64,000 bases of DNA from contig CAXXWS020000002.1 of NCBI GenBank assembly GCA_963665325.3, positions 928,001 through 992,000 on the forward strand, given 5' to 3'. This stretch comes from Alphaproteobacteria bacterium. GTDB lineage: Bacteria; Pseudomonadota; Alphaproteobacteria; Bin95. A program made the position numbers and the translations under genes. This document shows, in pieces, positions 9,506-20,920 of this stretch; the stretch's first letter is position 1, and the number at the start of each line of letters is the position of its first letter. Below the pieces are notes generated by a model, which was not told the DNA's origin, made no database searches, and worked only from the letters and a program-made list of their open reading frames with translations.

Positions 9506-10378
9506 ATGCCCCAGGCCGTCAAGCCGCGCCGCAGCGCCCTGTACATGCCAGCCTCTCGAACCGGGGCGCTGGAGAAAGCGAAAACGCTGCCGGCCGACGT
9601 GCTCATCTTCGATCTCGAAGACGCCGTGAGCCCCGATGCGAAGGAAACGGCCCGCGAGCAGGCGGTGGCGGCCGCGCGCTCGGGCGCCTATGGGCCGCGC
9701 GAGATCGTCATCCGCGCCAACGGGCTGGACACGCCCTGGGGACATGACGACCTCGCGGCCGTTGCGGGCTCGGGCGCCGACGCCGCGCTGCTGCCGAAGG
9801 TGGAGAGCGATGCAACAATCCGCCAGTCCGCCGCCCTGCTCGACCGGCATGGCGGTGGCGAGATGGCAGTCTGGGCGATGATGGAGACGCCGCTGGCCAT
9901 GCTGCGCGCGGATGCCATTGCAGGTGCCGGGCATCGCCTGTCCGCTCTCGTAATGGGCACCTCGGACCTCGCCAAGGAGCTGGGCGCCGCACATACGCGG
10001 GACCGCCTGCCCTTCATCACCGGCCTCGGCCTCTGCCTGCTGGCCGCCCGTGCCCACGGGCTTGCAGTTCTCGACGGCGTCCATCTGGACCTTGCGGACG
10101 ATGAAGGCTTTGCCGCCGCCTGCTGCCAGGGCGCCGAGCTCGGTTTCGACGGCAAGACTCTGATCCACCCGAAGCAGGTCGCGCCCTGCAACGATGCGTT
10201 CTCGCCGGCCCCCGGTGCCGTGGCCGAGGCGCGGCGGATCATCGCCGCCCATGCGGAAGCCGAAGCGGCAGGCCAGGGCGTCGTCGTGTTGGACGGGCGC
10301 CTGATCGAGAACCTCCATGTCGAAATGGCGGAGCGGACGGTTGCGCTCGCCGAGGCCGTTGCGGCCCGCCGGGACTGA
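9506..10378 (+). CDS. CitE/HpcH family CoA ester lyase (citryl-, malyl- or citramalyl-CoA lyase-like)
   Basis: RRSALYMP, DLEDAV, PKVES, METP, GFDGKTLIHPKQ. Confidence 0.9.
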   Translation: MPQAVKPRRSALYMPASRTGALEKAKTLPADVLIFDLEDAVSPDAKETAREQAVAAARSGAYGPREIVIRANGLDTPWGHDDLAAVAGSGADAALLPKVESDATIRQSAALLDRHGGGEMAVWAMMETPLAMLRADAIAGAGHRLSALVMGTSDLAKELGAAHTRDRLPFITGLGLCLLAARAHGLAVLDGVHLDLADDEGFAAACCQGAELGFDGKTLIHPKQVAPCNDAFSPAPGAVAEARRIIAAHAEAEAAGQGVVVLDGRLIENLHVEMAERTVALAEAVAARRD

Positions 10379-10449
10379 GCCCGCGCTCCGGTCACAAAGC
10401 CGCCGATGTCGGCTACCATTCTCCACCCGGCAAAGGGATGCCTTCCTGC

Positions 10450-11823
10450 ATGACCTATCGCACACTCCGTTCCTGGCTCGACCGGCTGCAGGCCACCGAC
10501 CGGCTTGCGGTGGCGCGGCCGGGCGTCTCGCTGGACTTCACTCTTGCCGCGCTCGCCAAGCGGTGGGACGCGCAGAAGGCGGTGCTTTTCCCGGAGCCTC
10601 TGGGTTTCGACGGCGACCGGCACGAGATACCGGTTGTCGCGGGCCTCGTTTCGGACCGGGGCTGGATCGCAGAGGCGATGGGCGTGGAGCCGGGTGCTGT
10701 GCTCGACCGCTTCCGCGCTGCCGCGGAGCACCCGCTACCCTGGCGCGAGGTCGCGGATGGCGCGTGCCAGGAGCGTGTCGACCGCAACCCGGATCTCGCC
10801 GGCTCGCTGCCGATCCCGAAGCACAATGCGCTCGACGCCGGCGCCTATATCTCCGCCGGACTGGTGATCGCACGCAACCCGAGGACGGGCATCCAGAACG
10901 TCTCTATCAACCGCCTCCAGATCACGGGGCCGAGGCGCATGGGCATCCTGATCCTGCCGCGCGACCTGCACCATTTCTTCGCCGCTGCCGAATCGGTCGG
11001 GGAGCCGCTCGATGTAGCTGTCGCGGTCGGCGTCGATCCGCTGACCCTGCTTGCCAGCCAGGCGATCCTGCCCATCGACCATGACGAGCTGGAAGTGGCC
11101 GGCGCCCTGCACGGTGCGCCGCTGGAAGTGGTGAAATGCGCGACCAACGAAGTCCGCGTACCTGCCGGTGCCGAGATCGTCATCGAGGGGCGCCTTCTGC
11201 CGGGCGTGCGCGAGACGGAAGGCCCCTTCGGCGAGTTTCCGCAATATTACGGGCCCGCCGGCGAGAACCCGGCCATCGATGTGCAGGCCGTGACGACGCG
11301 CGCGAAGCCCATCTTCCACACCATCGTCCCGGCCGCCATGGAACATCTCCTGCTCGGCGCCATTCCGCGCGAGGCCACCATCGCCGCGCATCTGCAGCGC
11401 ACCTGCCCGACCGTCCTCGACGTGCATCTCTCGCGCGGAGGTGTGTGCCGCTACCACCTCTATGTGAAGCTGCGAAAGACGCAGGAAGGCCAGGCGCGCA
11501 ATGTGATCATGGCCGCCTTCGCCGCCCATGCCGATGTGAAGCAGGTGACGGTTGTGGACGAGGATGTCGATGTCCACGACCCGACGGCAGTGGAATGGGC
11601 GGTGGCGACGCGCTTCCAGGCATCGAGGGATGTGATCGTCATTCCCCGCGCCCAGGGCTCGAAGCTCGATCCCTCCGCCGACAACGGCGTCTCGGACAAG
11701 CTCGGCCTCGACGCCACCATGCCGCTCGACCGCGACGATTTCACCTTCACCGTGGTCCATGTGCCCGGCGAGGACGACCCGAACCTGGACGCCCTGCTCA
11801 CCGAAGACCGCTACGAGTTCTGA
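10450..11823 (+). CDS. UbiD-family prFMN-dependent decarboxylase
   Basis: SINR, EIVIEG, EGPFGEF, VDEDVDV..WAVATR, SKLDPS. Confidence 0.93.
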   Translation: MTYRTLRSWLDRLQATDRLAVARPGVSLDFTLAALAKRWDAQKAVLFPEPLGFDGDRHEIPVVAGLVSDRGWIAEAMGVEPGAVLDRFRAAAEHPLPWREVADGACQERVDRNPDLAGSLPIPKHNALDAGAYISAGLVIARNPRTGIQNVSINRLQITGPRRMGILILPRDLHHFFAAAESVGEPLDVAVAVGVDPLTLLASQAILPIDHDELEVAGALHGAPLEVVKCATNEVRVPAGAEIVIEGRLLPGVRETEGPFGEFPQYYGPAGENPAIDVQAVTTRAKPIFHTIVPAAMEHLLLGAIPREATIAAHLQRTCPTVLDVHLSRGGVCRYHLYVKLRKTQEGQARNVIMAAFAAHADVKQVTVVDEDVDVHDPTAVEWAVATRFQASRDVIVIPRAQGSKLDPSADNGVSDKLGLDATMPLDRDDFTFTVVHVPGEDDPNLDALLTEDRYEF

Positions 11824-11860
11824 GCCGGCGGCCCGATTGCCGACAGGAGATTTCCCACCC

Positions 11861-13240
11861 GTGACCGATATTTTCCTGGCCGACGCGGCCGATGCCGTGC
11901 CCGTCCTCCTGCTGAACGAGAAGGGCTTGCAAGGCTGGCTCGACAGCGCCGGAGCCGGCGACCGCAACTGGGTTGCGGCAAACGGCTTCGAGGCGGAGGC
12001 GGGAACCACGCTGGTGCTCCCGGACGCCGAGGGCAAGGCGGCGCGCGTGCTGGCGGGAGCAGAAGGGTCCGGCGACATGTGGGCCTGCGGCGGCCTGCCG
12101 GGCCGCCTGAAGCGCGGCGCTTTCCGCATCGAGAACGAACTCGGACCCGGGGAGGCCACACGGGCCGCCGCCGCCTGGGGACTCGGCTGCTATGCCTTCG
12201 ACGCCTATTCGGACGGCAAGAGCCGGAACCATGCGAGCCTCGTCTGGCCGGAGAACGCAGACCGGAGTGCGGCGCTCGCAACCGTCGAGGCGCACGCGCA
12301 GGCTCGCAACCTCATCAACACGCCCGCAAACGACATGGGGCCGGAGCGGCTCGAAGCCGCCGTCCGGCAACTCGGGGAACGCCACGGGGCGCAGGTCTCC
12401 TCCATCGTCGGCGATGAACTGCTCGCGCAGAACTATCCGACAATCCATGCCGTCGGCCGCGCCGCCGCCATCGCGCCGAGGCTGATAGACCTCGTCTGGG
12501 GCGACGAGGACCGGCCGAAGCTCACCCTGGTCGGCAAGGGCGTGTGCTTCGACAGCGGCGGGCTGGACCTGAAGCCGCCGGCCGGCATGAGGCTGATGAA
12601 GAAGGATATGGGGGGCGCGGCCAACATGATCGGCCTGGCCCACATGGCGATGGCAGCCGAACTGCCCGTGCGGCTCCGGCTGATGGTCCCGGCGGTCGAG
12701 AACAGCGTTTCGGGCAATGCCATGCGGCCCATGGACGTGATCCGCACGCGCAAGGGGCTGACGGTGGAGATCGGCAATACGGATGCCGAAGGCCGCCTCA
12801 TCCTCTGTGACGCGCTCGCGGAAGCCTCTGGCGAGTCGCCCGACCTGATCCTCGACTGCGCGACGCTGACGGGCGCAGCCCGCACGGCGCTCGGGGCCGA
12901 TCTTCCGGCCTTGTTCTGCAATGACGATGCCGTGGCGGCGGCGCTCCTGGAGGCCTGCGAGGCGGAGCAGGATCCGGTGTGGCGGATGCCGCTCTTCCAG
13001 CCCTACCGCAAGATGCTTTCCAGCGATGTCGCGGACATGAACAATGTGTCCGACGGGCCGCTCGCCGGCGCGGTGACAGCGGCGCTGTTCCTCGAACGCT
13101 TCATTGAGCCGGGCGTTTCCTGGGCCCATGTGGACATGATGGCCTGGAACCGCGAGAACCGGCCCGGCCGCCCTCGCGGCGGCGAGGCGCAGTTCATCCG
13201 CGGCGCAATGGCCATGCTCCGCCGCCGCTATGGCGGATAG
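11861..13240 (+). CDS. Leucyl aminopeptidase (M17)
   Basis: LVGKGVCFDSGG, MKKDMGG, NTDAEGRL; GTG start after AGGAG. Confidence 0.94.
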   Translation: MTDIFLADAADAVPVLLLNEKGLQGWLDSAGAGDRNWVAANGFEAEAGTTLVLPDAEGKAARVLAGAEGSGDMWACGGLPGRLKRGAFRIENELGPGEATRAAAAWGLGCYAFDAYSDGKSRNHASLVWPENADRSAALATVEAHAQARNLINTPANDMGPERLEAAVRQLGERHGAQVSSIVGDELLAQNYPTIHAVGRAAAIAPRLIDLVWGDEDRPKLTLVGKGVCFDSGGLDLKPPAGMRLMKKDMGGAANMIGLAHMAMAAELPVRLRLMVPAVENSVSGNAMRPMDVIRTRKGLTVEIGNTDAEGRLILCDALAEASGESPDLILDCATLTGAARTALGADLPALFCNDDAVAAALLEACEAEQDPVWRMPLFQPYRKMLSSDVADMNNVSDGPLAGAVTAALFLERFIEPGVSWAHVDMMAWNRENRPGRPRGGEAQFIRGAMAMLRRRYGG

Positions 13241-13246
13241 CAGTCC

Positions 13247-14215
13247 TCAGTAGAACAGCTTTTTCCGGTCCATTCCTTCGTAGAGATGGGCCACGAACTC
13301 TCCGTAGCCGTTGTACAGCAGCGTCTTGCGGCGTTCGTCGGTGCCGATCATGCGCTCGCTGGCCTGGCTCCACCGCCGGTGCGGCACCTCCGGGTTCACA
13401 TTCGCCCAGAAGCCGTATTCGCGGCCCTGCACCTTCTCCCAGAAGCTCTTGGGCTGCTTTTCGGTGAAGGTGAAGCGGGTAATCGACTTGATCGACTTGA
13501 AGCCGTATTTCCACGGAAGCGCTATGCGCAGCGGCGCGCCGTTCTGCGCCGGCACGGGCTTGCCGTAGAGGCCTGTTACGATGAAGGCAAGCTCGTTGGT
13601 GGCCTCCTCCATCGTGACCCCCTCGACATAGGGCCACGGATACCAGAATTCCTTCTGGCCCGACGCCATCTCCGGGTCGTTGAAGGTCTCCATGCGGACA
13701 TATTTCGCCTTTGCCAGCGGCTTGGCGAACTCGACCAGCTTCGCCATCGGGAAGCCGGACCACGGCACCGCCATCGCCCAGGCCTCGACGCAGCGATGGC
13801 GGTAGAGCCGCTCCTCGACGCCCATCTTGCGCACAAGATCGTCGAACCCGATCTCCATGGGCGTCTCCACATCGCCGTCGATATGGACGGTCCAGGGGCG
13901 GATGCGCAGATTGTCGCGCGCACGCTTCCAGATGCCCTTGCTCGAGCCGAATTCGTAGAAGTTGTTGTAGGTGGTCGCGACCTTCTCCGGCGTCAGCGGC
14001 CGGTCGAGGGTGTAGGCGGGATTGCGCGTCCCGGGATAGAGGTCAGCGGTCGGATCGGCTTCGGTCGTGGCCGCTCGCGCCGCCAGCGGGGCTGCCGCCG
14101 CCGCGATGCTACCGAACGCCGCCGCCTGGATCAGCCGGCGCCTGTCGCGGAACACCGCTTCCGGAGTCGCCTCGCGCTCCGGCAGTTCCCAGCCCCGTCG
14201 TTTCAGGATCTGCAT
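13247..14215 (-). CDS. msrP: Protein-methionine-sulfoxide reductase catalytic subunit
   Basis: Tat-like DRRRLI; YNNFYEFG, RHRCVEAW, QNGAPLR, PWKYGFKSIK. Confidence 0.95.
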   Translation of the reverse strand: MQILKRRGWELPEREATPEAVFRDRRRLIQAAAFGSIAAAAAPLAARAATTEADPTADLYPGTRNPAYTLDRPLTPEKVATTYNNFYEFGSSKGIWKRARDNLRIRPWTVHIDGDVETPMEIGFDDLVRKMGVEERLYRHRCVEAWAMAVPWSGFPMAKLVEFAKPLAKAKYVRMETFNDPEMASGQKEFWYPWPYVEGVTMEEATNELAFIVTGLYGKPVPAQNGAPLRIALPWKYGFKSIKSITRFTFTEKQPKSFWEKVQGREYGFWANVNPEVPHRRWSQASERMIGTDERRKTLLYNGYGEFVAHLYEGMDRKKLFY

Positions 14216-14287
14216 GCCATGCACTCCTCTGCACATCTTGGCGAAACAAATGCGCAGGAAACGCCCCGGCCGCCAATCACTTTCGCG

Positions 14288-15490
14288 TTATGCCGGCTGC
14301 GCCAGCGGGCGCACGAGGGGCTTGTCGGCAATGGGCAGGTGAATCAGTGCGGCAAACAGGCCGAGCGCGATATTGATGAGCCAGATGGTTTCGTAGCCGC
14401 CCGTCAGGTCGAACAGGTAGCCGCCGAGAGAGGCGCCCAGGAATGCGCCCGCCTGGTGGCCGAGGAAAACGACGCCGAACAGCGTGCCGAAATAGCGCGT
14501 GCCGAAGATCTGCCCGACAATCGCCGAGGTGAGCGGCACCGTGCTGAGCCAGGCCAGACCGAGGCCGGCGGCGAAGATAAGCGTCGTCGTCGTCGTGACG
14601 GGCGAAAAGGCATAGATGGCGAACATGAGCGCGCGCACCGCATAGATGCCGCTCAGCAGGTATTTCTTGCGGAAACGGCTGCCGAGGAACCCCACCGCTG
14701 TGGTGCCGATCAGGTTGCAAATGCCGATAGTCGCGATCGCCCAGCCGGCAGTCGTGGCGGGCAGGCCGCTTCCGGCAATGAAATTCGGCAGGTGCGTCAC
14801 GATGAATTGCACATGGAAGCCGCAGACGAAGAAGCCCGCGGTCAGCAGCAGATAGCCGGAATGGCTCCCCGCTTCCGTCAACGCCTCGCGCAGGCTCTGC
14901 TCGGCTTCGAGCGCGCGCGACCGGGCCACGGGGCGCGTCCGCAGCACCGCGGCCAGCAGCACGACGATGCCGATCATCCCCATGAGGCACAGCAGCCCGC
15001 CCCGCCATCCGAAGGCATCGATGACGACGGGCGCGGCCGGGGTAACGAAGAACTGCCCGAGCGAGACCCCGGTTGCTGTCAGCGCCATGACCAGCGGATG
15101 GCGCTCCCTGGGAAAGGCGCGCACCACCGCGGTCATCACGATGGGCATGCCGCAGCCGGCGGCTCCGAGGCCGACCAACAGGCCGAGTGAGAGATAGGCG
15201 CCTTCCGGCGTCTCCATGCGGCTGGCGCTGAAGAGTCCGGCGGCGTAGATCGCGCTTCCAAGGACCAGCGTCCGCCCGGTGCCGAACCGGTCGGCGATCC
15301 AGCCGAAGAAGGGCTGGCCCAGGCCCCAGAAGATGCTCTGGATCGCCAGTGCGAGCGACACTGTGGCCACCGACCAGCCCAGATCGGTGCTGATCGGGTT
15401 CAGATACATGCCGAAGGACTGGCGGGACCCGAAGGTGAGTGCCAGCACAAGGCCCCCGGCGATGATGACGAACACGCCGTAGCGATGCAT
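14288..15490 (-). CDS. MFS transporter
   Basis: GWIADRFG, FFVCGFHV, WLSTVPLT, HQAGAF; start taken at MHRYG. Confidence 0.9.
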   Translation of the reverse strand: MHRYGVFVIIAGGLVLALTFGSRQSFGMYLNPISTDLGWSVATVSLALAIQSIFWGLGQPFFGWIADRFGTGRTLVLGSAIYAAGLFSASRMETPEGAYLSLGLLVGLGAAGCGMPIVMTAVVRAFPRERHPLVMALTATGVSLGQFFVTPAAPVVIDAFGWRGGLLCLMGMIGIVVLLAAVLRTRPVARSRALEAEQSLREALTEAGSHSGYLLLTAGFFVCGFHVQFIVTHLPNFIAGSGLPATTAGWAIATIGICNLIGTTAVGFLGSRFRKKYLLSGIYAVRALMFAIYAFSPVTTTTTLIFAAGLGLAWLSTVPLTSAIVGQIFGTRYFGTLFGVVFLGHQAGAFLGASLGGYLFDLTGGYETIWLINIALGLFAALIHLPIADKPLVRPLAQPA

Positions 15491-15557
15491 CGTTGATTTC
15501 CCGAAGCGTTCCGTGTCGCTTACAATCTGGCCCGCCGCGAAACAAGGAGAAGCCGGT

Positions 15558-16355
15558 ATGGGCGACACGGTGCTTTGCGAAATCGACAAAGGGATCGCCT
15601 GGGTCACACTCAACAACCCGAAGGCGCGCAACGCGCTGAGCGGGCAGATGCGCATCGACCTCCGCGATGTCATCGGGGACCTGGAACATGACGACGGCGT
15701 GCGCTGTGTGGTGCTGCGCGGCGCGGGCGACCATTTCATGGCCGGCGGCGATATCCGCGCCATGAAGGAACGCCTCGATATCGACAGGGAGACCCGCAAG
15801 CGCGTCGTGATCGAAGGCATCCATGCCATCCACCTGCCGGTGTTTGCGATCCGCCGGATGCGCAAGCCGGTCATCGCCAGCGTCCGGGGCGCGGCAGCCG
15901 GTTTCGGTCTCGGGCTGGTTGCGGCCTGCGACCTGGCGATTGCCGCCGACGACGCCTTCTTCACGCTTGCCTATTGCCATATCGGCGCGAGCCCGGACGG
16001 CGGCTCCTCCTATTTCCTCGCCCGCACGCTCGGCATGAAGCAGGCGATGGAGCTGGCGCTCCTGGGCGACCGGTTCGGCGCCGACCGCGCGCTCGAACTC
16101 GGCATCCTGAACCGCGTCGTGCCGGCCGCCGACCTGGAGGCCGAGACGCGGGCGCTTGCTGAACGGCTCGCCAACGGCCCGACGGTCGCCTATGCGCAGG
16201 CCAAATCGCTCTTCAACACCGCCTTTCACACGCCCATGGAGCAGCAGCTTCAGTGGGAAGGCGAGCATATGGCGGTGTCGATGACGACTGACGACCATGC
16301 CGAGGGTGTCACGGCCTTTCTCGAAAAGCGCAGCCCCGTCTTCAAGGGCGCCTGA
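15558..16355 (+). CDS. Enoyl-CoA hydratase/isomerase
   Basis: NPKARNAL, FMAGGD, AAGFG, PDGGSS, AFLEKRSPVF. Confidence 0.92.
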   Translation: MGDTVLCEIDKGIAWVTLNNPKARNALSGQMRIDLRDVIGDLEHDDGVRCVVLRGAGDHFMAGGDIRAMKERLDIDRETRKRVVIEGIHAIHLPVFAIRRMRKPVIASVRGAAAGFGLGLVAACDLAIAADDAFFTLAYCHIGASPDGGSSYFLARTLGMKQAMELALLGDRFGADRALELGILNRVVPAADLEAETRALAERLANGPTVAYAQAKSLFNTAFHTPMEQQLQWEGEHMAVSMTTDDHAEGVTAFLEKRSPVFKGA

Positions 16356-16394
16356 TCCTCGCTATTCCTTCCGAACTGCGGCTGCGGAGTGGAC

Positions 16395-17336
16395 ATGAAC
16401 GAACTGCGCACCGTCGCCGACGGGCTGATGTTTCCCGAGGGACCGATCGCGATGCCCGACGGCTCGGTGGTCCTTGTCGAAATCCGTCGCGGCACGTTGA
16501 CGCGCGTGCATCCGGGCGGACGCACCGAGGTCGTCGCAGAGACCGGCGGCGGGCCAAATGGCGCGGCCCTCGGCCCCGACGGCCGCGTCTATGTCTGCAA
16601 CAATGGCGGCTTCGAATGGCTCGACGAGCCGGGCGGGCTGACGCGCCCCATCGGGCAGGCGCTAGACTATAGCGGCGGCCGGATCGAGGCGGTGGACCTG
16701 AGAACCGGCGCGGTTGAAGTTCTCTATACCGAGTGCGAGGGCCGGCCGCTCAAGGGGCCGAACGACATCGTCTTCGACGGCGAGGGCGGGTTCTGGTTCA
16801 CCGATCTCGGCAAGGTCCGTGACGACGAGCGCAAGTGGGACCGAACCGGCATCCACTATGCCCGCGCCGACGGGTCCTTCATCACCGAGGCGGCGTTTCC
16901 GCTGATTACGCCGAACGGTATCGGCCTCTCCCCCGACGACAGCGCGGTCTATGTCGCCGAGACGCAGACCGGGCGCCTGTGGGCTTTCGACATCGAGGCG
17001 CCCGGCGTCCTGAAGAAGCAGCCCTGGCCGAGCCCGCATGGCGGACGGCTGGTGAACCAGACGCATGGCTACCGCACGCTGGACAGCCTGGCGGTGGATG
17101 CAGAGGGGAATATCTGCGTGGCGACGCTGATGGACCCCGGCATCTCGATCATCCGGGCCGACGGGTCGGGGTTGGAGCATGTTCCGATGCCGGACCCTTA
17201 CACGACCAATATCTGCTTCGGCGGCGCGGACCTTCGCACGGTTTTCATCACCCAGTCGCGCGACGGCAAGCTGCTTTCCTGCCCCTGGCCCGCGCCCGGC
17301 CTGCCGCTGCACTACTTGAACGAACGGCCCGGCTAG
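16395..17336 (+). CDS. SMP-30/gluconolactonase family protein
   Basis: FPEGP, PNDIVFD, PNGIGLSPD, TTNICFGG. Confidence 0.9.
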   Translation: MNELRTVADGLMFPEGPIAMPDGSVVLVEIRRGTLTRVHPGGRTEVVAETGGGPNGAALGPDGRVYVCNNGGFEWLDEPGGLTRPIGQALDYSGGRIEAVDLRTGAVEVLYTECEGRPLKGPNDIVFDGEGGFWFTDLGKVRDDERKWDRTGIHYARADGSFITEAAFPLITPNGIGLSPDDSAVYVAETQTGRLWAFDIEAPGVLKKQPWPSPHGGRLVNQTHGYRTLDSLAVDAEGNICVATLMDPGISIIRADGSGLEHVPMPDPYTTNICFGGADLRTVFITQSRDGKLLSCPWPAPGLPLHYLNERPG

Positions 17337-17352
17337 AGCGCGGAGCGCGCCG

Positions 17353-18116
<764 letters not shown>

Positions 18117-18120
<4 letters not shown>

Positions 18121-19037
18121 CTTCCGGGGCGGCTGTCGAGGAAGCCGCCCGGTCGATCCGCGCCGGCAGGCTCGTCGCCTTCCCGACCGAGACCGTTTAC
18201 GGCCTGGGCGCCGACGCAACCGACGACCGCGCCGTCGCCGCGGTATTCGAGGCGAAAGGCCGGCCGCGCTTCAATCCGCTCATCGTGCATGTCGCGGACC
18301 GCGAGACGGCCGAGGCGCTGGCGGTCTTCGACGACCGCGCCCGCCGGCTCGCAGGCAGGTTCTGGCCGGGACCGCTGACGCTGGTGCTGCCGCGCGCGCC
18401 GGATTCTCCGGTCTCGTGGCTTGCGTCGGCCGGCCTCGACACGCTGGCCCTGCGCTGGCCGGCGCACCCGCTGGCGGAATTGCTGATTCGGGCCGCCGGA
18501 CGGCCGCTGGTCGGACCGAGCGCCAACCGCTCCAGGCGGCTGAGCCCCACGACGGCGGCCCACGCAACGGCCGAGCTCGGCGAGCGGGTTGCCACGGTTC
18601 TGGACGGCGGCCCCTGCCGGCTCGGCCTCGAATCGACCGTGGTCGCGCTCGGCGACGGCCCGCCTGCCCTGCTGCGGCCGGGCGCTCTTGATGCCGAGGC
18701 CATTGAGGCCGAGGTCGGGGAGCTAGCGGAGCCAGCCCCTTCGTCGGGCGATGAGCCGCGCGCTTCGCCCGGCATGCTGCTGCGCCACTATGCGCCCGAC
18801 AGCCCGCTCCGGATGGAAGCTGCCGCCGCGCGTCAGAGCGAGGCCATGCTGGGCTTCGGTGCCGTGGACGGCGACCTCAATCTCAGCCCTTCGGGCGACC
18901 TTGCTGAGGCCGCCGCGAACCTGTTCGCCATGCTGCGCCGGCTCGACGGCAGGGCCGGAATTGCAGTCGCCCCGATCCCCGAGCGCGGCCTCGGCCGGGC
19001 GATCAACGACCGCCTTCGCAGGGCTGCCCGAGGGTAG
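18117..19037 (+). CDS. tsaC: L-threonylcarbamoyladenylate synthase (Sua5)
   Basis: PTETVYGL, KGRP.FNPLIVH, PSANRS, SPGML.RHYAP; GTGA overlap with cysQ. Confidence 0.94.
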
Positions 19038-19043
19038 CGCCGC

Positions 19044-19532
19044 CTACGCCGCGACGTCCTCCGCGTGGAAGCGGATGGCGAGGCGGGGACCGACAGGCCA
19101 GGGCTGGCGGCGGTGCGCTTCGACGATTTGTCGGGCCCGCGCCGCCGCCGCCTCGGGAAACGGCAGGCCCCGGCGCAGGCCCAGGTCCACATGCATGCAC
19201 AGGCACTCATAAGCGGCCAGCGCTGGGCCGTCCGGCGTCCGGTGGAGCGTTTGCAGATAGTGGACGCGCTTGAAATCCGCATCGGCGAAATGGAACCGGC
19301 AGATCAGCCGTTCGCCGGCGCGCGCATCGTCCAGATAGACGACGTGGCTCTCCAGCGCGAAGGTGCTGCAATTGGTCTGCTCCAGATAGTCCGGCGGCAG
19401 GCCGAGCGCCCGGTCGAACGGCTCCAGCACGGCTTCGAACAGTTCCAAATAGCGCACCCGCGGGACGAAGCCGTCCGGCCCCGCCCAGGCGGCCGGAATC
19501 TCCGGCGCGAACCCTTCCGGCCAGACGCTCAA
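19044..19532 (-). CDS. Thioesterase-like hot-dog fold protein
   Basis: STFALESHVVYL, DADFKRVHY, MHVDL; overlaps the asd stop. Confidence 0.75.
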   Translation of the reverse strand: MSVWPEGFAPEIPAAWAGPDGFVPRVRYLELFEAVLEPFDRALGLPPDYLEQTNCSTFALESHVVYLDDARAGERLICRFHFADADFKRVHYLQTLHRTPDGPALAAYECLCMHVDLGLRRGLPFPEAAAARARQIVEAHRRQPWPVGPRLAIRFHAEDVAA

Positions 19533-20539
19533 AGCCAGGCGTCGACGAGTTCGTGGGCGATCTGGACGGCGTTGGTCGCCGCGCCCTTGCGCAGATTGTC
19601 CGAGACGACCCAGAGATTGAGGCCGTAATCCACCGTCGGGTCGTGGCGGATGCGCGAGACGAATACGGAATCGTCGCCGGCGGCTTCCTTCGGCGTGACA
19701 TAGCCGCCGTCCTGGCGCCGGTCCACGACCTCGACGCCGGGGGCCGCGCTCAGCAGTTCAAGGGCCTCATCCTCGTCCATCGGCCCGTCGAACTCGACAT
19801 TCACCGCCTCGGCATGGCCGACGAAGACCGGCACACGCACGCAGGTCGCGGTGATCGCGATGTCCGCGTCGAGGATTTTCCGGGTCTCATTGACCATCTT
19901 CCACTCTTCCTTCGTCGAGCCGTCGTCCATGAAGACGTCGATATGCGGCACGACGTTGAAGGCGATCTCCTTGGTGAACTCGGCCGGCTCGCTCTCCTCC
20001 AGCTGATAGACGCCGCGCGTCTGGCCCCAGAGCTCGTCCATGCCCTTCCGGCCCGCCCCGGAGACCGACTGGTAGGTCGAGACCACGATCCGCCGGATCG
20101 GCTGCGCGTCGTGCAGCGGCTTCAGCGCCATCACCATCTGGATGGTCGAGCAGTTGGGGTTGGAGACGATGTTGCGCGCGGAGAAGCCCGCCAGCGCTTC
20201 CCGGTTCACCTCCGGCACGACCAGCGGCACGTCGCTGTCCATGCGGAAGGTCGAGGTGTTGTCGATGACCACGCAGCCGGCGGCGGCGGCGCGCGGCGCA
20301 TGCACCTTCGAGACCGCGCCGCCCGGCGAGAACAGCGCGATGTCCCAGCCCGAGAAGTCGAAATCGTCGAGGACCTGGACGTCCAGATCGTCGTCGCCGA
20401 AGGACACCTTGCGGCCCTGGGATTTACGCGAGGCCAGCGCCGCAATATCGTCCACGGGGAAGGATGTCTCGTGCAACCCTTCCAGAAGCTGGTAGCCGAC
20501 GGCTCCGGTCGCGCCGGCAACGGCGACCCTGTAGCCCAT
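19529..20539 (-). CDS. asd: Aspartate-semialdehyde dehydrogenase
   Basis: GATGAVG, NPNCST, TYQSVSGAG, TCVRVPV..GHAE, DNLRKGAATNAVQIA. Confidence 0.97.
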   Translation of the reverse strand: MGYRVAVAGATGAVGYQLLEGLHETSFPVDDIAALASRKSQGRKVSFGDDDLDVQVLDDFDFSGWDIALFSPGGAVSKVHAPRAAAAGCVVIDNTSTFRMDSDVPLVVPEVNREALAGFSARNIVSNPNCSTIQMVMALKPLHDAQPIRRIVVSTYQSVSGAGRKGMDELWGQTRGVYQLEESEPAEFTKEIAFNVVPHIDVFMDDGSTKEEWKMVNETRKILDADIAITATCVRVPVFVGHAEAVNVEFDGPMDEDEALELLSAAPGVEVVDRRQDGGYVTPKEAAGDDSVFVSRIRHDPTVDYGLNLWVVSDNLRKGAATNAVQIAHELVDAWL

Positions 20540-20920
20540 GAGCTCGTGTCCTTCGCAAATGGAGGGCGAGACTTACGGCGCGCCCGTCCGCATTTCAATC
20601 CCCGTCCCCGTTCGGAAGCACGGGAGGGCGGCGGCCGGGTTCCTTCCGGACACCCTCCGGGAACGGCGCCCGTGTCACAACCCCGCAACCAGGGCAGCGG
20701 CACGCATGGCCGCGATCCTCTGTCCCGAACTCTCGGACACGGGAGACCGCAAGGGGATCAAACGGATCGAAACGACTCATCCAGAGGTGTCGCTAGCAAA
20801 TGGAAGAGACCGGAAGTCGATCGTCGCAGTCGTTCGACGTAGGGCCTTTCTTGCGGCGGCGGGTTCGGAAAGAATGCGCGGCCAGCCTTGTCGATCCGTC
20901 GCTTCGGGAGCCGAGACTCC

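Noticed and set aside
20640-20760. Possible cobalamin riboswitch upstream of the MetE-like gene (GGGAA..CCCCGCAAC..GGAGACC)
   Set aside because: The GGTGnAAnTCC hairpin, ACTGT and GCCACTG elements are not present; only short chance-level matches. An Rfam scan would settle it.
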